From: a virus
Taxonomy: Duplodnaviria; Heunggongvirae; Uroviricota; Caudoviricetes
Virus record (IMG/VR): IMGVR_UViG_3300006217_000002
Reading direction: 5' to 3' (one strand)
DNA length: 64,000 nucleotides
Positions 47,667 to 58,475 of the stretch are shown piece by piece. Both the position numbers and the translations under genes were made by a program. The notes beneath the pieces are model-generated. The model saw only the letters and a program-made list of their open reading frames with translations, was not told the DNA's origin and ran no database searches. How positions within the stretch are numbered: the stretch's first letter is position 1; every line of letters begins with the position of its first letter.

Positions 47667-49229
47667 TTACAGTCTGTCACAGAAATCAGAATCAAGTGAG
47701 ATCCAACCATTTCTATTTTTCTTGTAGCTAGAAAGTAATCCCCATTTAGAAGCTCCAGGACCATCAGCTTCTTCTACAATTGTAAACACACCGATACCAG
47801 TATATTTACCAACCTTATCAGTATTAGTACCAGGGCCTCTACGAATATTAAGATCAGGAATCTTTACTTTAATACGATAAGGAAATTTCGAAGATCCAGA
47901 AGATCCAATTTTAGCAAGATCAGTTTCATTGACCCATCCATATACAGTAGATCCTTCACCTTTTACTGCAACTACATGATATGGATGAGCTGCTCCTTTA
48001 GCCTCAGCTGTAATTGTTGCTTTACCAGGCTTACAAGCACTTCCGCTATTTCCAGTGGAACTTACATAATGCTTGTTGCCTTTAAAGTTAACAACGTCAC
48101 CTTTAGCAAATTTTGTTCCAGAACTACTAGGAGTAGACGGTGTAGGTGCAGGAGTTGGTGTAGATGATCCACTTCCTAAAGCTTTATTGATCGCATTTGC
48201 AAGTTCAGCATATCTTGAGTATAACCAATTTCCAGGACAACTTTTATTAGCAAACCATCTATGAGCTGTAAGACGCATCTCATTGCTCTTAGGTACATAA
48301 GCTAATTCTTTTTCTTTACTACCGAGCCATACAACTTTATTTTTACCATTCCTTCTACAGATATCAACACAAAGCTCAATAAGCTTGTTGTATACTGTAG
48401 TATTGAATGCATAAGGCTCAGTCTTATCAGATGCACATTCGATAGTTACAGCCCTCTGATCGTTTTCATTACTAGAAGTACACCAACTTCTATTACACTC
48501 ATCTACACAGAGTACTACTCTACCATCTACACCAATACCGTAGTTACATGAAGCACTACGAGAAGGACTGGTGAAACATCCACCAATTGCCTCTGCTCCT
48601 AACTGTCCTACTACACAATGCGGTGTTAATGTATCAATAGCGTGAGTTCTTTTACCGCTATGATTTGGGCTCTTAACAACGCAATTCACTAAGCTACTAT
48701 TACTCATAGTACTATCCCCTTTCACATTAGATTTGGCATACTTATCATAGTATACCTGTGAATATGAAGCTCTCTTGTTTTGAACTGATTCGCTTTTATT
48801 CGCCGGATTCTCGAAATCAAACAAAACTGCATTAGAAGCTTCTTTAACTGAAGTTGCTCTATTTAGAACACTGGTAACTTTTGTATATCCCCGAAGTTCA
48901 ATACATAAGAATTCCAGTTGTCCCTCGAAGTCTCCGATAGACTTTCCTTTAGACTTAAGATAGTTATATAGTGCTTCTTTTCTCGTATAGAAAGTCCATT
49001 GTGCAAGTCCGTATCCAGCTTTATCATTGATAAAATTCTTGTATGTACCATTATCAACTTTAGCAGTATACTCTGCATCTGTCATTCCAAATTTTTTATT
49101 GAACGTATTTTGAAGATTAGTTGATTCTAACCCAGATTCAGCAAAGATATTACCAATGACAGCAGCTACTCCAAAATCATTGTAGCCTTCTTTGGATAAC
49201 CTTTCCCACATTAATCGTTCTCTATCCAT
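47667..49229 (-). CDS. Modular endolysin: phage tail lysozyme domain + Amidase_2 + SH3-like cell-wall-binding domains
   Basis: AAVIGNIFAESG..GYGLAQWT..FENP; SPNHSG..TPHCVVG..ASCNYGIG..TIEC..HRWFANKSCPG; PT linker; LNIRRGPG..GWISL. Confidence 0.9.
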   Translation of the reverse strand: MDRERLMWERLSKEGYNDFGVAAVIGNIFAESGLESTNLQNTFNKKFGMTDAEYTAKVDNGTYKNFINDKAGYGLAQWTFYTRKEALYNYLKSKGKSIGDFEGQLEFLCIELRGYTKVTSVLNRATSVKEASNAVLFDFENPANKSESVQNKRASYSQVYYDKYAKSNVKGDSTMSNSSLVNCVVKSPNHSGKRTHAIDTLTPHCVVGQLGAEAIGGCFTSPSRSASCNYGIGVDGRVVLCVDECNRSWCTSSNENDQRAVTIECASDKTEPYAFNTTVYNKLIELCVDICRRNGKNKVVWLGSKEKELAYVPKSNEMRLTAHRWFANKSCPGNWLYSRYAELANAINKALGSGSSTPTPAPTPSTPSSSGTKFAKGDVVNFKGNKHYVSSTGNSGSACKPGKATITAEAKGAAHPYHVVAVKGEGSTVYGWVNETDLAKIGSSGSSKFPYRIKVKIPDLNIRRGPGTNTDKVGKYTGIGVFTIVEEADGPGASKWGLLSSYKKNRNGWISLDSDFCDRL

Positions 49230-49244
49230 ATCAATCCTTTCCGA

Positions 49245-49733
49245 TCAAGAATCGATTTCCTGATCTAATACATCAACCTCTTCAATTACGACACGAGTAT
49301 TCTTCTTAAGAAGTTCAACTGTATTATTCACAGCTAAAACTAAAACATCAGGAGATAGATCAATATCATATACATCTCCACTTCTTGCTAACCCTGCCAT
49401 AGTACAATCAACTACATGCTCAATCACATCTACGAGTGTAATATCATTATGAACATATGACTTGAGGTGATGTCTCTCTTCTGTTATATGTTTTTGGTAC
49501 CAATTTGTTTCTTTAATCTTCCCGCTAGTTAATGCTGCATAGAATTCATCCATCATATCAATTTTTGTATGATCATGGAATGCGCCTCTTGACTGAATTA
49601 ATTCTGCAATGAATCCAAGACCTTTTGATACGTCTTTGATATGGCTCTCAGTACTCTTTCTAAGTTCATCTACAGTTAATTCATCTTTTGAAGTTCTGCT
49701 ATCAGCGTTTGGACTTTTAGTAATTTCTATCAT
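49245..49733 (-). CDS. His-rich metal-binding protein (DUF5662/HD-like)
   Basis: SHI, HDHTK, HITEERHH, DVIEHVVDC. Confidence 0.55.
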   Translation of the reverse strand: MIEITKSPNADSRTSKDELTVDELRKSTESHIKDVSKGLGFIAELIQSRGAFHDHTKIDMMDEFYAALTSGKIKETNWYQKHITEERHHLKSYVHNDITLVDVIEHVVDCTMAGLARSGDVYDIDLSPDVLVLAVNNTVELLKKNTRVVIEEVDVLDQEIDS

Positions 49734-49878
49734 TTCAATATAAACTCCTTTCTATGTTTTTATTATTAACTCGTTAAACATTAATAATCAATAGGAAGTA
49801 TTTGTGTACCGACTTATTAATAACATTCAAAAGTCGGACATTGTTCCAATAAAATATTTAGTAAAGGAGATAAGTGAT

Positions 49879-51060
49879 ATGCTTAATGGAATCAAAGCTA
49901 TGATTAATGAGAAAAAAGAATTTACTGAGGCTGCTGATCTCTTATTAGAAGAAACATCTCTCATCGGTAAATTAGATGATAGTATCGTTTTAGGAGAAGC
50001 TGCTGATGACGAACCGGAAGAGAAGCCTGAACAGGATGAAGAGAAAAAAGAAGAACCTGAAGCTACAGGTGAAGAAAATGATGATGAAGGAGAAGAGCCT
50101 AAAGAAGTTGAAGATATCGAAAATGCTCCAATTGAGGATGAACCTGTAGCTGCAGGAAGTAATGAAAACGATATTCTCAATGCTCCTATTGATGGTTCTG
50201 ACGAAACTCCGATGAATCTTCCTGGGGATGATCTTCCTACTCCTGTTGGAAAACAAACTGGAGAGCCAATTGAAGATGCAGATATTTTATCTACAGAGAT
50301 CGATCTTGGATCTAATACAATGAAAGATGTGTTGCCTGTTCCTCCTGGAAATGCACCTGAAGCTGTAAATGATGATGTATTGAATCAGAGAATCGATGAC
50401 GGATTCGGTGGTGGTGAGGAACCTGGTCCTAGTACTGAGGAGAATCCGGACAATCCTCTTGGCTCTCCTACAGAACCAATCCCTGAACCTGAGCAGAAAC
50501 CTGCAGAGGAAAGCGGAAGTGATCCTGAGGAGCCATTAGGTGATGATCCTGAATTTGAATCAACATTGTTTGCCGGATTAGAGAATCTTGATGAATCAAC
50601 TAAGAAAACCATCATGGATCGTTTAAAGAAAAAGAATTGTGATGACGATTGTAAAGATGGGAAAGATTGCAAGAAGAAATGTGAAGATCATAAAGATTCT
50701 GATGGAGATGGCAAATGTGATAAGTGTGATGAGAAAATGGTAGAGGGATACATCACTATGTCAGATGATGACGAACCATTCACAGAAGAGATTCTTATGA
50801 GCGGAAATGAAAAGTCTGAGGAGAAACCTGCTGAAACAGGTACAGAAGATACTGCATCTGTAGAAGAACCAACCGAGGAACCTGTTGCAGAAGACAGTCC
50901 TGTTACTGCCGCTGTAAAAGATAAAGTAGCAGAAACAGAAGCTCCGCTTGAAGCAGAAACTCCCGAAGGAGATATCAAAGATACGCTAATGAAAAAACTC
51001 GCTTCTATGACTAAAAGTATGGAAGATGTAAAACTTCAGGTATCCAAATTAGCTCAGTAA
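49879..51060 (+). CDS. Highly acidic probable head/scaffold protein with Cys-rich segment
   Basis: Start ATG49879 (AAGGAG SD); FTEA, LGEA, FES sites; CDDDCKDGKDCKKKCEDHKDSDGDGKCDKC; directly upstream of portal. Confidence 0.55.
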   Translation: MLNGIKAMINEKKEFTEAADLLLEETSLIGKLDDSIVLGEAADDEPEEKPEQDEEKKEEPEATGEENDDEGEEPKEVEDIENAPIEDEPVAAGSNENDILNAPIDGSDETPMNLPGDDLPTPVGKQTGEPIEDADILSTEIDLGSNTMKDVLPVPPGNAPEAVNDDVLNQRIDDGFGGGEEPGPSTEENPDNPLGSPTEPIPEPEQKPAEESGSDPEEPLGDDPEFESTLFAGLENLDESTKKTIMDRLKKKNCDDDCKDGKDCKKKCEDHKDSDGDGKCDKCDEKMVEGYITMSDDDEPFTEEILMSGNEKSEEKPAETGTEDTASVEEPTEEPVAEDSPVTAAVKDKVAETEAPLEAETPEGDIKDTLMKKLASMTKSMEDVKLQVSKLAQ

Positions 51061-51076
51061 TACAACATAGCTAAAC

Positions 51077-51114
51077 ATATATGAGAGTGGACTTGATTGT
51101 CCACTCTCATATAT
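51077..51114. terminator. Hairpin terminator
   Basis: ATATATGAGAGTGGAC-TTGATT-GTCCACTCTCATATAT. Confidence 0.75.
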
Positions 51115-51180
51115 AATAAGACTTGAAGTTTGGTACTGCTTATTAATTTTTATTTTTAGATAGAAGGAGTTGATATAATT

Positions 51181-53514
51181 ATGCCAAATATGCAAAGTGA
51201 TATTATAGATCGTCTTGCTGCTAGTATTGCTGACGATGTCGGTAATACCCATGAAGATGAAATAGAATCTATATCCAGTACATTTGATAAAACTTTAACT
51301 TCTGCATTATCAGCATTTAAATCATCTACATTCGACGATGATGGTTTCGTTAAAAAAATGCAGGATTATGATACTGGAAATAATACAGATAAAGAATCTA
51401 TCAAAAATGTTCTTAACAATGTTAGGAGTGACTATGTTAATGTAGAAACATTAAATCAAAGCGAATTGCTGCTAAGGAGAGATATATACAACGTATGTAC
51501 TCAGATGGCAGAAATGCATGATGTAATAAACGTAGTAAGAGATTCTATTATCGAATGTAACGTTTCAACAGGAGAAGTATCAAGATCAATTGTATTTGAA
51601 AATCATGAAGATAATGAAGCATATGAAAGCCAGGTTAATGAAATAGAAAAACGTCATGATTTATTAATGGCAATTAAAAACTTTATTGTTCCAAAAACAT
51701 TGATGCATGGTGAAATGTATGTTCAACGTGTTCCATATGCGAAATTATTTGCTGAAATTGAAGCAGCTAGAGAAGTCAAATATAATGGAAGTACAGAAAA
51801 TTTCAATAGTACAAAAACTTCTACGTTTAGAGAAAGTATTCCTAATAGCGTAATGGGAGAATTTAAAGAACCTATATCATTGATGACAGAAAGCAATCTC
51901 AATGCGCTGATGGAATCAGTATCTCCAATATCAAACGTAGATTCAGTAAATGATTTCAAAGTATCCAATACGGATCCGTCTATTGATAGAAACCTTAAAC
52001 CAGATACACTTGCTAAGGATAATATCACATCTATTCTTGAAAATATTAATGTGTATAATGGGTCATCAGTATTATTAGCAGAGATGGGTCCTGATGCAGC
52101 TAAAGAATTACTTTTAAAAGAATATAAAGATAGTAATTCTAATAATAAAGGTAACAAATATACGCATTTCTCAGAAGCATCTATGTCTTTCAATAAAGCT
52201 AGTGCTGGTGGTGGAATGTTTAAAAATATTGATCAGGATACTATCGATTATAAGAGTTATTCTGATATAAAAGGTGTATACATAAAATATCTTGACGGTC
52301 TGAGAATGATTCCTATTAGAATAGATAGAAGGATTATTGGGTATTATTATGTATCTACTACGATGGATCTACAAATGAATTCAGCTCAGCCAAATGGAAT
52401 GGTAGATCTTTCTTATCAGAATTATACAAGAGATCGTAAGATGGTCGACAGACTAGCCAATATTATCATACAATCATTCGATAAGAAGATATTAGATCGT
52501 AATATCAAATTAAAGAATGAAATTGTTGAAATAATTATGGCTCATAAATTCAGTGAGGGAAGATTAAGCTTTATATATATTCCTGAAAGTGAAGTTGAAC
52601 GTTTCGTAATTAATGAAGATGAAAATGGTAAAGGACATTCTATTCTTGAACCTACTTTGTTTTCTGCACGTAACTATTTGATGCTTAACCTCTACAATAT
52701 TCTTTATACGTTAAACAATAACACTACTAGAATTCATTATGTAAAATCTAGTGGTTTAAATAAAGATTATGCATCTCAGGTTCAACGTACAATGAGAAAG
52801 TTCCAATCTCGACGTATCACTATAGACGATATTTACTCATATTCTGGAGTATTGAATAAAGTTGGTGGTATGGGAGAAATGGTACTTCCTGCTGGTAGAA
52901 ACGATTACAAAGCTCTTGAAACAGATACTATTGAAGCAGTTAATAATCCAATCGATATAGAGTTTTTGGAACAGCAGCGAAGACAAGCTATATCTGGCAC
53001 AGGAGTTCCAAATCTTCTCGTTATAAATGCTATCGACGAAGTTGATTTCGCTAAGACTTTAGAAATGGCAAATACGAGATTCCTTTCAACTGTATCTTCA
53101 TACAAGATTGATTTTAATCGTTCATTGACTAAGTTTTATCAGCATCTACTTAAGTGGGAAACTGATTTAGATGACGATATCATTCAATCTTTCAGATTCC
53201 AGTTTAATGCCATTAAGCAACCCGAATTAGTTATTACTGCTGATATGATTCAAAATTTCAATTCAATGGTTGAAATGGTAGGTGCAATATATTATAAGAA
53301 AACTGAATTGGAAGATAAGGATGGAAATCCTACAGCCAAACAGATGATCCTTCGTAAAGAACTTGCTAAGGAATATTTACCTCAGCTTGATTTTGATAAA
53401 CTTGATGAAATTGTTAAACGAGTAGATCTATTATCGACTGATGATCAGCTTCAGGATAAGGTTAACAAAGCTAGTATCTCTGAAGAAGATCTTACTGAAG
53501 TTGAGGAAAGCTAA
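51181..53514 (+). CDS. Portal protein (T4 gp20/phiKZ-like)
   Basis: EMHDVINVVRDSII, TLMHGE.YV, GHSILEP..AR.Y, RIHYV, AISGTGVP; location among head genes. Confidence 0.65.
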   Translation: MPNMQSDIIDRLAASIADDVGNTHEDEIESISSTFDKTLTSALSAFKSSTFDDDGFVKKMQDYDTGNNTDKESIKNVLNNVRSDYVNVETLNQSELLLRRDIYNVCTQMAEMHDVINVVRDSIIECNVSTGEVSRSIVFENHEDNEAYESQVNEIEKRHDLLMAIKNFIVPKTLMHGEMYVQRVPYAKLFAEIEAAREVKYNGSTENFNSTKTSTFRESIPNSVMGEFKEPISLMTESNLNALMESVSPISNVDSVNDFKVSNTDPSIDRNLKPDTLAKDNITSILENINVYNGSSVLLAEMGPDAAKELLLKEYKDSNSNNKGNKYTHFSEASMSFNKASAGGGMFKNIDQDTIDYKSYSDIKGVYIKYLDGLRMIPIRIDRRIIGYYYVSTTMDLQMNSAQPNGMVDLSYQNYTRDRKMVDRLANIIIQSFDKKILDRNIKLKNEIVEIIMAHKFSEGRLSFIYIPESEVERFVINEDENGKGHSILEPTLFSARNYLMLNLYNILYTLNNNTTRIHYVKSSGLNKDYASQVQRTMRKFQSRRITIDDIYSYSGVLNKVGGMGEMVLPAGRNDYKALETDTIEAVNNPIDIEFLEQQRRQAISGTGVPNLLVINAIDEVDFAKTLEMANTRFLSTVSSYKIDFNRSLTKFYQHLLKWETDLDDDIIQSFRFQFNAIKQPELVITADMIQNFNSMVEMVGAIYYKKTELEDKDGNPTAKQMILRKELAKEYLPQLDFDKLDEIVKRVDLLSTDDQLQDKVNKASISEEDLTEVEES

Positions 53515-53516
53515 GA

Positions 53517-53529
53517 AACAAGTTCTTAA
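53517..53529 (+). promoter_or_regulatory. Putative late promoter AACA-N6-TAA
   Basis: AACAAGTTCTTAA about 30 nt upstream of ATG53559. Confidence 0.5.
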
Positions 53530-53558
53530 ATTAATGCCTTATTTAAAGAAAAGGAGGA

Positions 53559-54257
53559 ATGACAATAATGAGCGAAGTTAAGTATCCTACAGGGCTTGAT
53601 GATAACAAAATCAATAGCAAGTACCAATCGTTATTGGCTAATAATAAAAAGACGATAAATAGCGATGGAGAAGATATTAAAGATATTCCTCATGATAAAC
53701 CTGCATCGGCTGGAGTTAAATCTGAAGATATGATGCATGGAGATCTGATGAATTTCACACAGATTCTTGAAGCTCTTGATGTTATTAATAGTTCTATGGG
53801 CGAATTATCTGCAGATGTAGGAAATGAAACTATTGATTCTACACCATCTGGTGAAATTGACATGGATGAACTTGTAGAGGAACTGAATAAGATATTTACT
53901 CCTGTACTTGTAATGCAAAGCATGGAGAAAGATATTTCTGATAAAGCTAATTCTGAAATATCTGAAGCTACAGTTCTTACAGAAAGAAATATGATTAGCT
54001 TTGATGATCCTGCTAGAATGGCTCAGTTACGTTCTGTATGTGCTTTAATTATTGCACGTAAAAAGAATACTGAAAAATGGCAGATTTATCAGAAAGCTGC
54101 AAACATTAAAACCAGTGCTAAGTTGGATATACAGAAAGAAGAATACGATGCAGCAGAAATGCTTGCTCAAAAGTATTTAGTCAAAGTATCTACGACTAGT
54201 AACTCATCTGTTGCTAGAGATGCTGCGAATGAACTTCTGCCCCAAACTCAACACTAG
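53559..54257 (+). CDS. Probable head protein
   Basis: ILEA and ISEA sites; between portal and head paralogs. Confidence 0.5.
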   Translation: MTIMSEVKYPTGLDDNKINSKYQSLLANNKKTINSDGEDIKDIPHDKPASAGVKSEDMMHGDLMNFTQILEALDVINSSMGELSADVGNETIDSTPSGEIDMDELVEELNKIFTPVLVMQSMEKDISDKANSEISEATVLTERNMISFDDPARMAQLRSVCALIIARKKNTEKWQIYQKAANIKTSAKLDIQKEEYDAAEMLAQKYLVKVSTTSNSSVARDAANELLPQTQH

Positions 54258-54317
54258 GTTAACATAGAGAATTAATAACTCTAAATAAAAATCTATAGAA
54301 AAGGAGATTGAATCATT

Positions 54318-55394
54318 ATGGCTAAAACATTCAAAGATTTTGTGCTGGAGTGTGAGATGTATCCCCACTCCAAGGAGAATTATGATCTGATGAAAGAATG
54401 TGCTGAACTTGGAATTATGGAAAAGTACTTGGAGGATCAGAAATTCTATCAGGAACATAAGGAACAGCTTACTGCAGGAGATATTGCTATCACAGAGAGT
54501 TATTTTGCAGAAGCTGTTGATGAAAATACTATGGAAGCATTTACGGAGAAATATAAAGCAGCTTCTAATAGCATTAGCGGAAAGATTAAGAATGGTCTGA
54601 AGAGAATTCTGAAAACTTTTGCTAATCTTTTTGCGAAGATTGGAAATAAGTTTGATGAAACTACTTCTGCTGGACAGAATGTTCTTAAGAAGCTCAACGG
54701 TATGAAGCTTACAGATGAACAGGTTGCTGATATCAAGAAGATCGTAGACAATGCCAAGGGTAAAGATACTTCTAATTTCCCTGTAGCTCCTAATCAGCCT
54801 TATCTGAAGCATATCAAACTTCAGTATGTATCTGCAGATAATACATTTAGTGAGCTGAAGAATGATCTTGCTGCAGCTTTATCTGATAAGGTAGTAGTTG
54901 CTAGTGTATTCGCTAACAAGGATGGTACCAACATCGATACAAGTACTATTGGTGCAGTTCCTGTTGAAACTATCAGAGATACATGTTATGCTGTTATCAA
55001 TGGTGATAAACATAAGATCGTTGGCGCTCTTCAGGCGTTATCAAGTACATGGCTTGATGTAAAGAAGAACGGTATGAAGATCAATGTCAATACTAAGCAG
55101 ATCGATAAGAACGCTCAGGAATTGAACGATATTTGTTCCAAGATTGAGCAGATGGGTCAGGAGAATGCTCAGATGGCAGGTGCTATTGCAGGAGCTGTTA
55201 ATAATGCTGCTGGTGGAGATGGCGCTGTAGGAGCCAAAGTTATGAACGATATGAATGATGCTTACAGCAAGATCACGAGTTGCATTGGGCAGTCTACTCG
55301 TATCTATACTAAGCTCAATGCATATCGTAGCAGTGTGATTGTTGGATTAAGCAACTATCTTAAGTCTGCTAAAGAAAGTAATAGTAGCAAGTAA
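54318..55394 (+). CDS. Internal head protein (propeptide + amphipathic helix family)
   Basis: ITES/FAEA/TMEA then KIKNGLKRILKTFANLFAKIG; leader paralogous to 55475..56863. Confidence 0.55.
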   Translation: MAKTFKDFVLECEMYPHSKENYDLMKECAELGIMEKYLEDQKFYQEHKEQLTAGDIAITESYFAEAVDENTMEAFTEKYKAASNSISGKIKNGLKRILKTFANLFAKIGNKFDETTSAGQNVLKKLNGMKLTDEQVADIKKIVDNAKGKDTSNFPVAPNQPYLKHIKLQYVSADNTFSELKNDLAAALSDKVVVASVFANKDGTNIDTSTIGAVPVETIRDTCYAVINGDKHKIVGALQALSSTWLDVKKNGMKINVNTKQIDKNAQELNDICSKIEQMGQENAQMAGAIAGAVNNAAGGDGAVGAKVMNDMNDAYSKITSCIGQSTRIYTKLNAYRSSVIVGLSNYLKSAKESNSSK

Positions 55395-55416
55395 TAATAA
55401 ACAAAATGTGCCTACT

Positions 55417-55448
55417 TTAGAGGAGAGGTTATATAACCTCTCCTCTAA
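55417..55448. terminator. Perfect 32-bp palindrome
   Basis: TTAGAGGAGAGGTTAT|ATAACCTCTCCTCTAA. Confidence 0.75.
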
Positions 55449-55474
55449 TTTATATGGAAGGAGGAAATTATTTC

Positions 55475-56863
55475 ATGGATTATGAAAATATGACACTTAA
55501 AGATTTCATTGAATTTACAGAAATCTATGAATATTCTCAGGATCATTATTTGATGGAAAAGATGTTTATGGAAATGAATCTTATAAAATTACATCTTGAG
55601 TCATATCAATTCCTATTAGAAAGTTCAGATGTATCATTATCTCAGCTTGATGTATTGATGGTTGAAAGCGGTGTAAACGATAAATCACTATATACGGAGC
55701 AATTATTTATTGAGAAAGGTAATGCTATCTCTAATGGTGTAAAGAAAATGTTTAATATGGTAGGAAAAGCTATCTCTTCATTATTTAGAGGAGTTGGGAA
55801 AACATTTTCTAGCAAGAACAAACAGATTGCTGAACTTGAAGCTAGAAATCAGAAACAGGCTCAGGTTATACAAGACGTAGCAATTCTTGCTGATGCAGCT
55901 GGAGCTCGTAAAAAGGCAGAAGATGTAGCAGATGCAGCTAATGAGGCAGCTGGAGCTATGAAACAACAGTTAGAGAGAATTATTGAGCATTTCAATAACA
56001 ATATTGGTGGTGGAGGTGCAAAGATTCTCCCTATTGCTGGCATTGATCATGAAAGTGCAATTCGTGTAATTCTTGAATTTGCTAATAAGCAATCTGGGTC
56101 AGTTCTTACAAATCCTCAAATTAATATTTATGATGCTATCTGTCAGAAAGAATATGAAGTTGAGGGATTAGCTATGATTGCTAATATTGAAAACATTATT
56201 GATGAAATCTCTGATGTAATTGATATTAGCGAAGAAAATGCATCAGGAGTTGCATACAATTCTGCTAAGTTGTTACAGAAGATGGGCCCTAAGTATATTG
56301 ATAGAATCAATAAAATTTGCAATAACATAGAAGCTTCTACCAAAAAGAATGCAAAATTTAAGATGAGTGATGAAAGTATTAAAAAGAAACTTGATGCTGC
56401 TGAAAAACTTAATAGAATCTTCTCAGAGCTTGCTGATTTTACTGATGTAGGTGAAATGGTTATGGGTAATCCGATCAATAACCTTATCAATAGATTTGGT
56501 AAAGATACTCCTGAACAAGCGAGAAAAGCATCCGAAGCTGGTAACAATGCTGCTATGAGAGCTAAGAACGATCCAGATATGAAGTTCAAACCTCAAATGA
56601 AAAACGTTAACGGCGCTAGAGAATTAGTTGCTCATAATATTAAGAAGGCAGACTTCTTGAAGAATTATCCTGCGTATCTTAATGTATTAAATAAATTGGC
56701 AGTTAAGTTACAATCAGCTGCTGCTGAAATGAGTAAAGCTTTAACATCACATATCAATTTCAGGAATGCAGTTATTAAGGCTCATGCTGAATTGACTAAT
56801 AGTGTGGATAAAGTAATTTCAGCATCTAAGAAATCTGAATCCAAATCTGAAGGAAATGAATAA
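55475..56863 (+). CDS. Internal head protein, paralog of 54318..55394
   Basis: TLKDFIEFTEIYEYSQDHYLM vs TFKDFVLECEMYPHSKENYDLM; LLES and MVES sites; start ATG55475 after AAGGAGG. Confidence 0.55.
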   Translation: MDYENMTLKDFIEFTEIYEYSQDHYLMEKMFMEMNLIKLHLESYQFLLESSDVSLSQLDVLMVESGVNDKSLYTEQLFIEKGNAISNGVKKMFNMVGKAISSLFRGVGKTFSSKNKQIAELEARNQKQAQVIQDVAILADAAGARKKAEDVADAANEAAGAMKQQLERIIEHFNNNIGGGGAKILPIAGIDHESAIRVILEFANKQSGSVLTNPQINIYDAICQKEYEVEGLAMIANIENIIDEISDVIDISEENASGVAYNSAKLLQKMGPKYIDRINKICNNIEASTKKNAKFKMSDESIKKKLDAAEKLNRIFSELADFTDVGEMVMGNPINNLINRFGKDTPEQARKASEAGNNAAMRAKNDPDMKFKPQMKNVNGARELVAHNIKKADFLKNYPAYLNVLNKLAVKLQSAAAEMSKALTSHINFRNAVIKAHAELTNSVDKVISASKKSESKSEGNE

Positions 56864-56867
56864 AATT

Positions 56868-56905
56868 AATAATATGATAGGGACATATGTCCCTATCATA
56901 TTATT
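56868..56905. terminator. Perfect 38-bp palindrome
   Basis: AATAATATGATAGGGACAT|ATGTCCCTATCATATTATT. Confidence 0.8.
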
Positions 56906-56969
56906 TTTTCATCCAACTTCATATTAAATTTAAGAGTAATAAATATGAAAGAAAAGGAAGGTAAATAAG

Positions 56970-58472
56970 ATGGATATGTTATTAGAATCTACTTTAAACT
57001 TAGATCCATTTAAGTCCTTAAATAACTTTATGTTTGAAGAGTTTGATCCAGTTGAATTCTTCAAATGTGATGGATTTAATGATATTATCATGGAAGCTAC
57101 AGATGGTGCAACTAAGAAGAACATCTTCTCTAGACTGATAAACATGATTGCAAAGGCTGGAGAATGGATTAAAGAACGTATCAAAAACTTAGTTCTTGGT
57201 ATTAAAAAATTAGCAGCTGGGAGAGCTAAAACTTCAAATCAAATATTGAGAGAAGTTGGTGTAAAGAAACATGCTGTAAAGAGAGATGCAGCAGACCCAA
57301 ATGATCCTAATACTCCGATAGATGCTGCAGAGTCTTTATATTCTAGCTTTATAGAAGGATTTGCAGCAGATGGAATTATGATTAATATAGCTGCATTAGT
57401 AGCTGCAGATGTTCAAAAAGCTCCTATTAAAGGAAAAGAAATATATGCAGGAGGTGCTAGAGCATCGCAGGTTATAGGATTAATATTAGATCCTAGACCT
57501 ATAGATGAATATATTGATCTATTTAAAAGATTAACAAAAGAGTTTGGAATTAGAAATGTTAAAGCTGCAGATATAGATAGATTAAATAAACTATGTGAAG
57601 ACTTTTCAGGCAGGCCTTCAGCTCTTGATTATGCAGCAGATGCAATTAACCAAAAAGTTCGTAAGAAATATGAACTTGTAAGAATTAGTATTGATGAGTT
57701 ATTACAATTTCAAATTAAAGTTGATGAAATGTGTAAATTAACCGAAGAATTTGATAACCAATTCAAAGCTTTAAATATAAACCTTGGAGACAAAGGCAAT
57801 GCAGCAGGATTGATTAGAAAACATTATATGGATATTCTCAACAATCTAGCTTGGGTATGTGTTAATTTGCAAGGAGGTCTACATGCTATTGCAAATGGTA
57901 TGCAGGGAATATATCATGTAGATCCTGGTTATTGGAATTCTATCAATGATCCAAACCAGTTAGCAAAATTTGTTGAAGAATGTATGAAAACCGGTATGCC
58001 TGGTAAATACATTGTAAATAATATCTACCATGTGTGTGATGAATCTCTAAAAGGAAATCCTAATATTGAAAAACCTATTATGGGATTCGGCAGACTTACT
58101 CTTATTCCTAAAGGGGATATAATCTATAAAGTTGCTATAAATAGATATGGTGTGCGTAGTAATAAAAACGATTATAGGGTAATGGATGCTGTAAAAGGAA
58201 AACCTATAGAAAGTATGTTTGCTTTTACAACTAAAACATATGGTGATTATACTATCAACGTAATGGAGAAAGTTCAGGCTGGTAAAGAAAATGAACCTAC
58301 TCCTATGGAAGCTAGTGAACTCGGTAAAAAAATTAATCAAGAATTAGAGAAAGATGGAGTTGGATTTAGTATCTATGATATTAAAGCCGATGCATTTGGC
58401 AAAAAGAATGGTAAATTTGTAATTCTTGATTACGGATATTTACAAAGAAGAAATTATAATGCACAAAAATAA
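56970..58472 (+). CDS. Head-protein leader fused to C-terminal protein-kinase-like domain
   Basis: LLES/IMEA + amphipathic helix; C-terminus MGFGR, IYKVA, SNKND, VMEKV, YDIKADAFG, ILDYG. Confidence 0.65.
   Translation: MDMLLESTLNLDPFKSLNNFMFEEFDPVEFFKCDGFNDIIMEATDGATKKNIFSRLINMIAKAGEWIKERIKNLVLGIKKLAAGRAKTSNQILREVGVKKHAVKRDAADPNDPNTPIDAAESLYSSFIEGFAADGIMINIAALVAADVQKAPIKGKEIYAGGARASQVIGLILDPRPIDEYIDLFKRLTKEFGIRNVKAADIDRLNKLCEDFSGRPSALDYAADAINQKVRKKYELVRISIDELLQFQIKVDEMCKLTEEFDNQFKALNINLGDKGNAAGLIRKHYMDILNNLAWVCVNLQGGLHAIANGMQGIYHVDPGYWNSINDPNQLAKFVEECMKTGMPGKYIVNNIYHVCDESLKGNPNIEKPIMGFGRLTLIPKGDIIYKVAINRYGVRSNKNDYRVMDAVKGKPIESMFAFTTKTYGDYTINVMEKVQAGKENEPTPMEASELGKKINQELEKDGVGFSIYDIKADAFGKKNGKFVILDYGYLQRRNYNAQK
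57084..57136 (+). repeat. 53-bp exact dispersed repeat (copy at 60902..60954)
   Basis: ATTATCATGGAAGCTACAGATGGTGCAACTAAGAAGAACATCTTCTCTAGACT (IIMEATDGATKKNIFSRL). Confidence 0.9.
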
Positions 58473-58475
58473 ATG

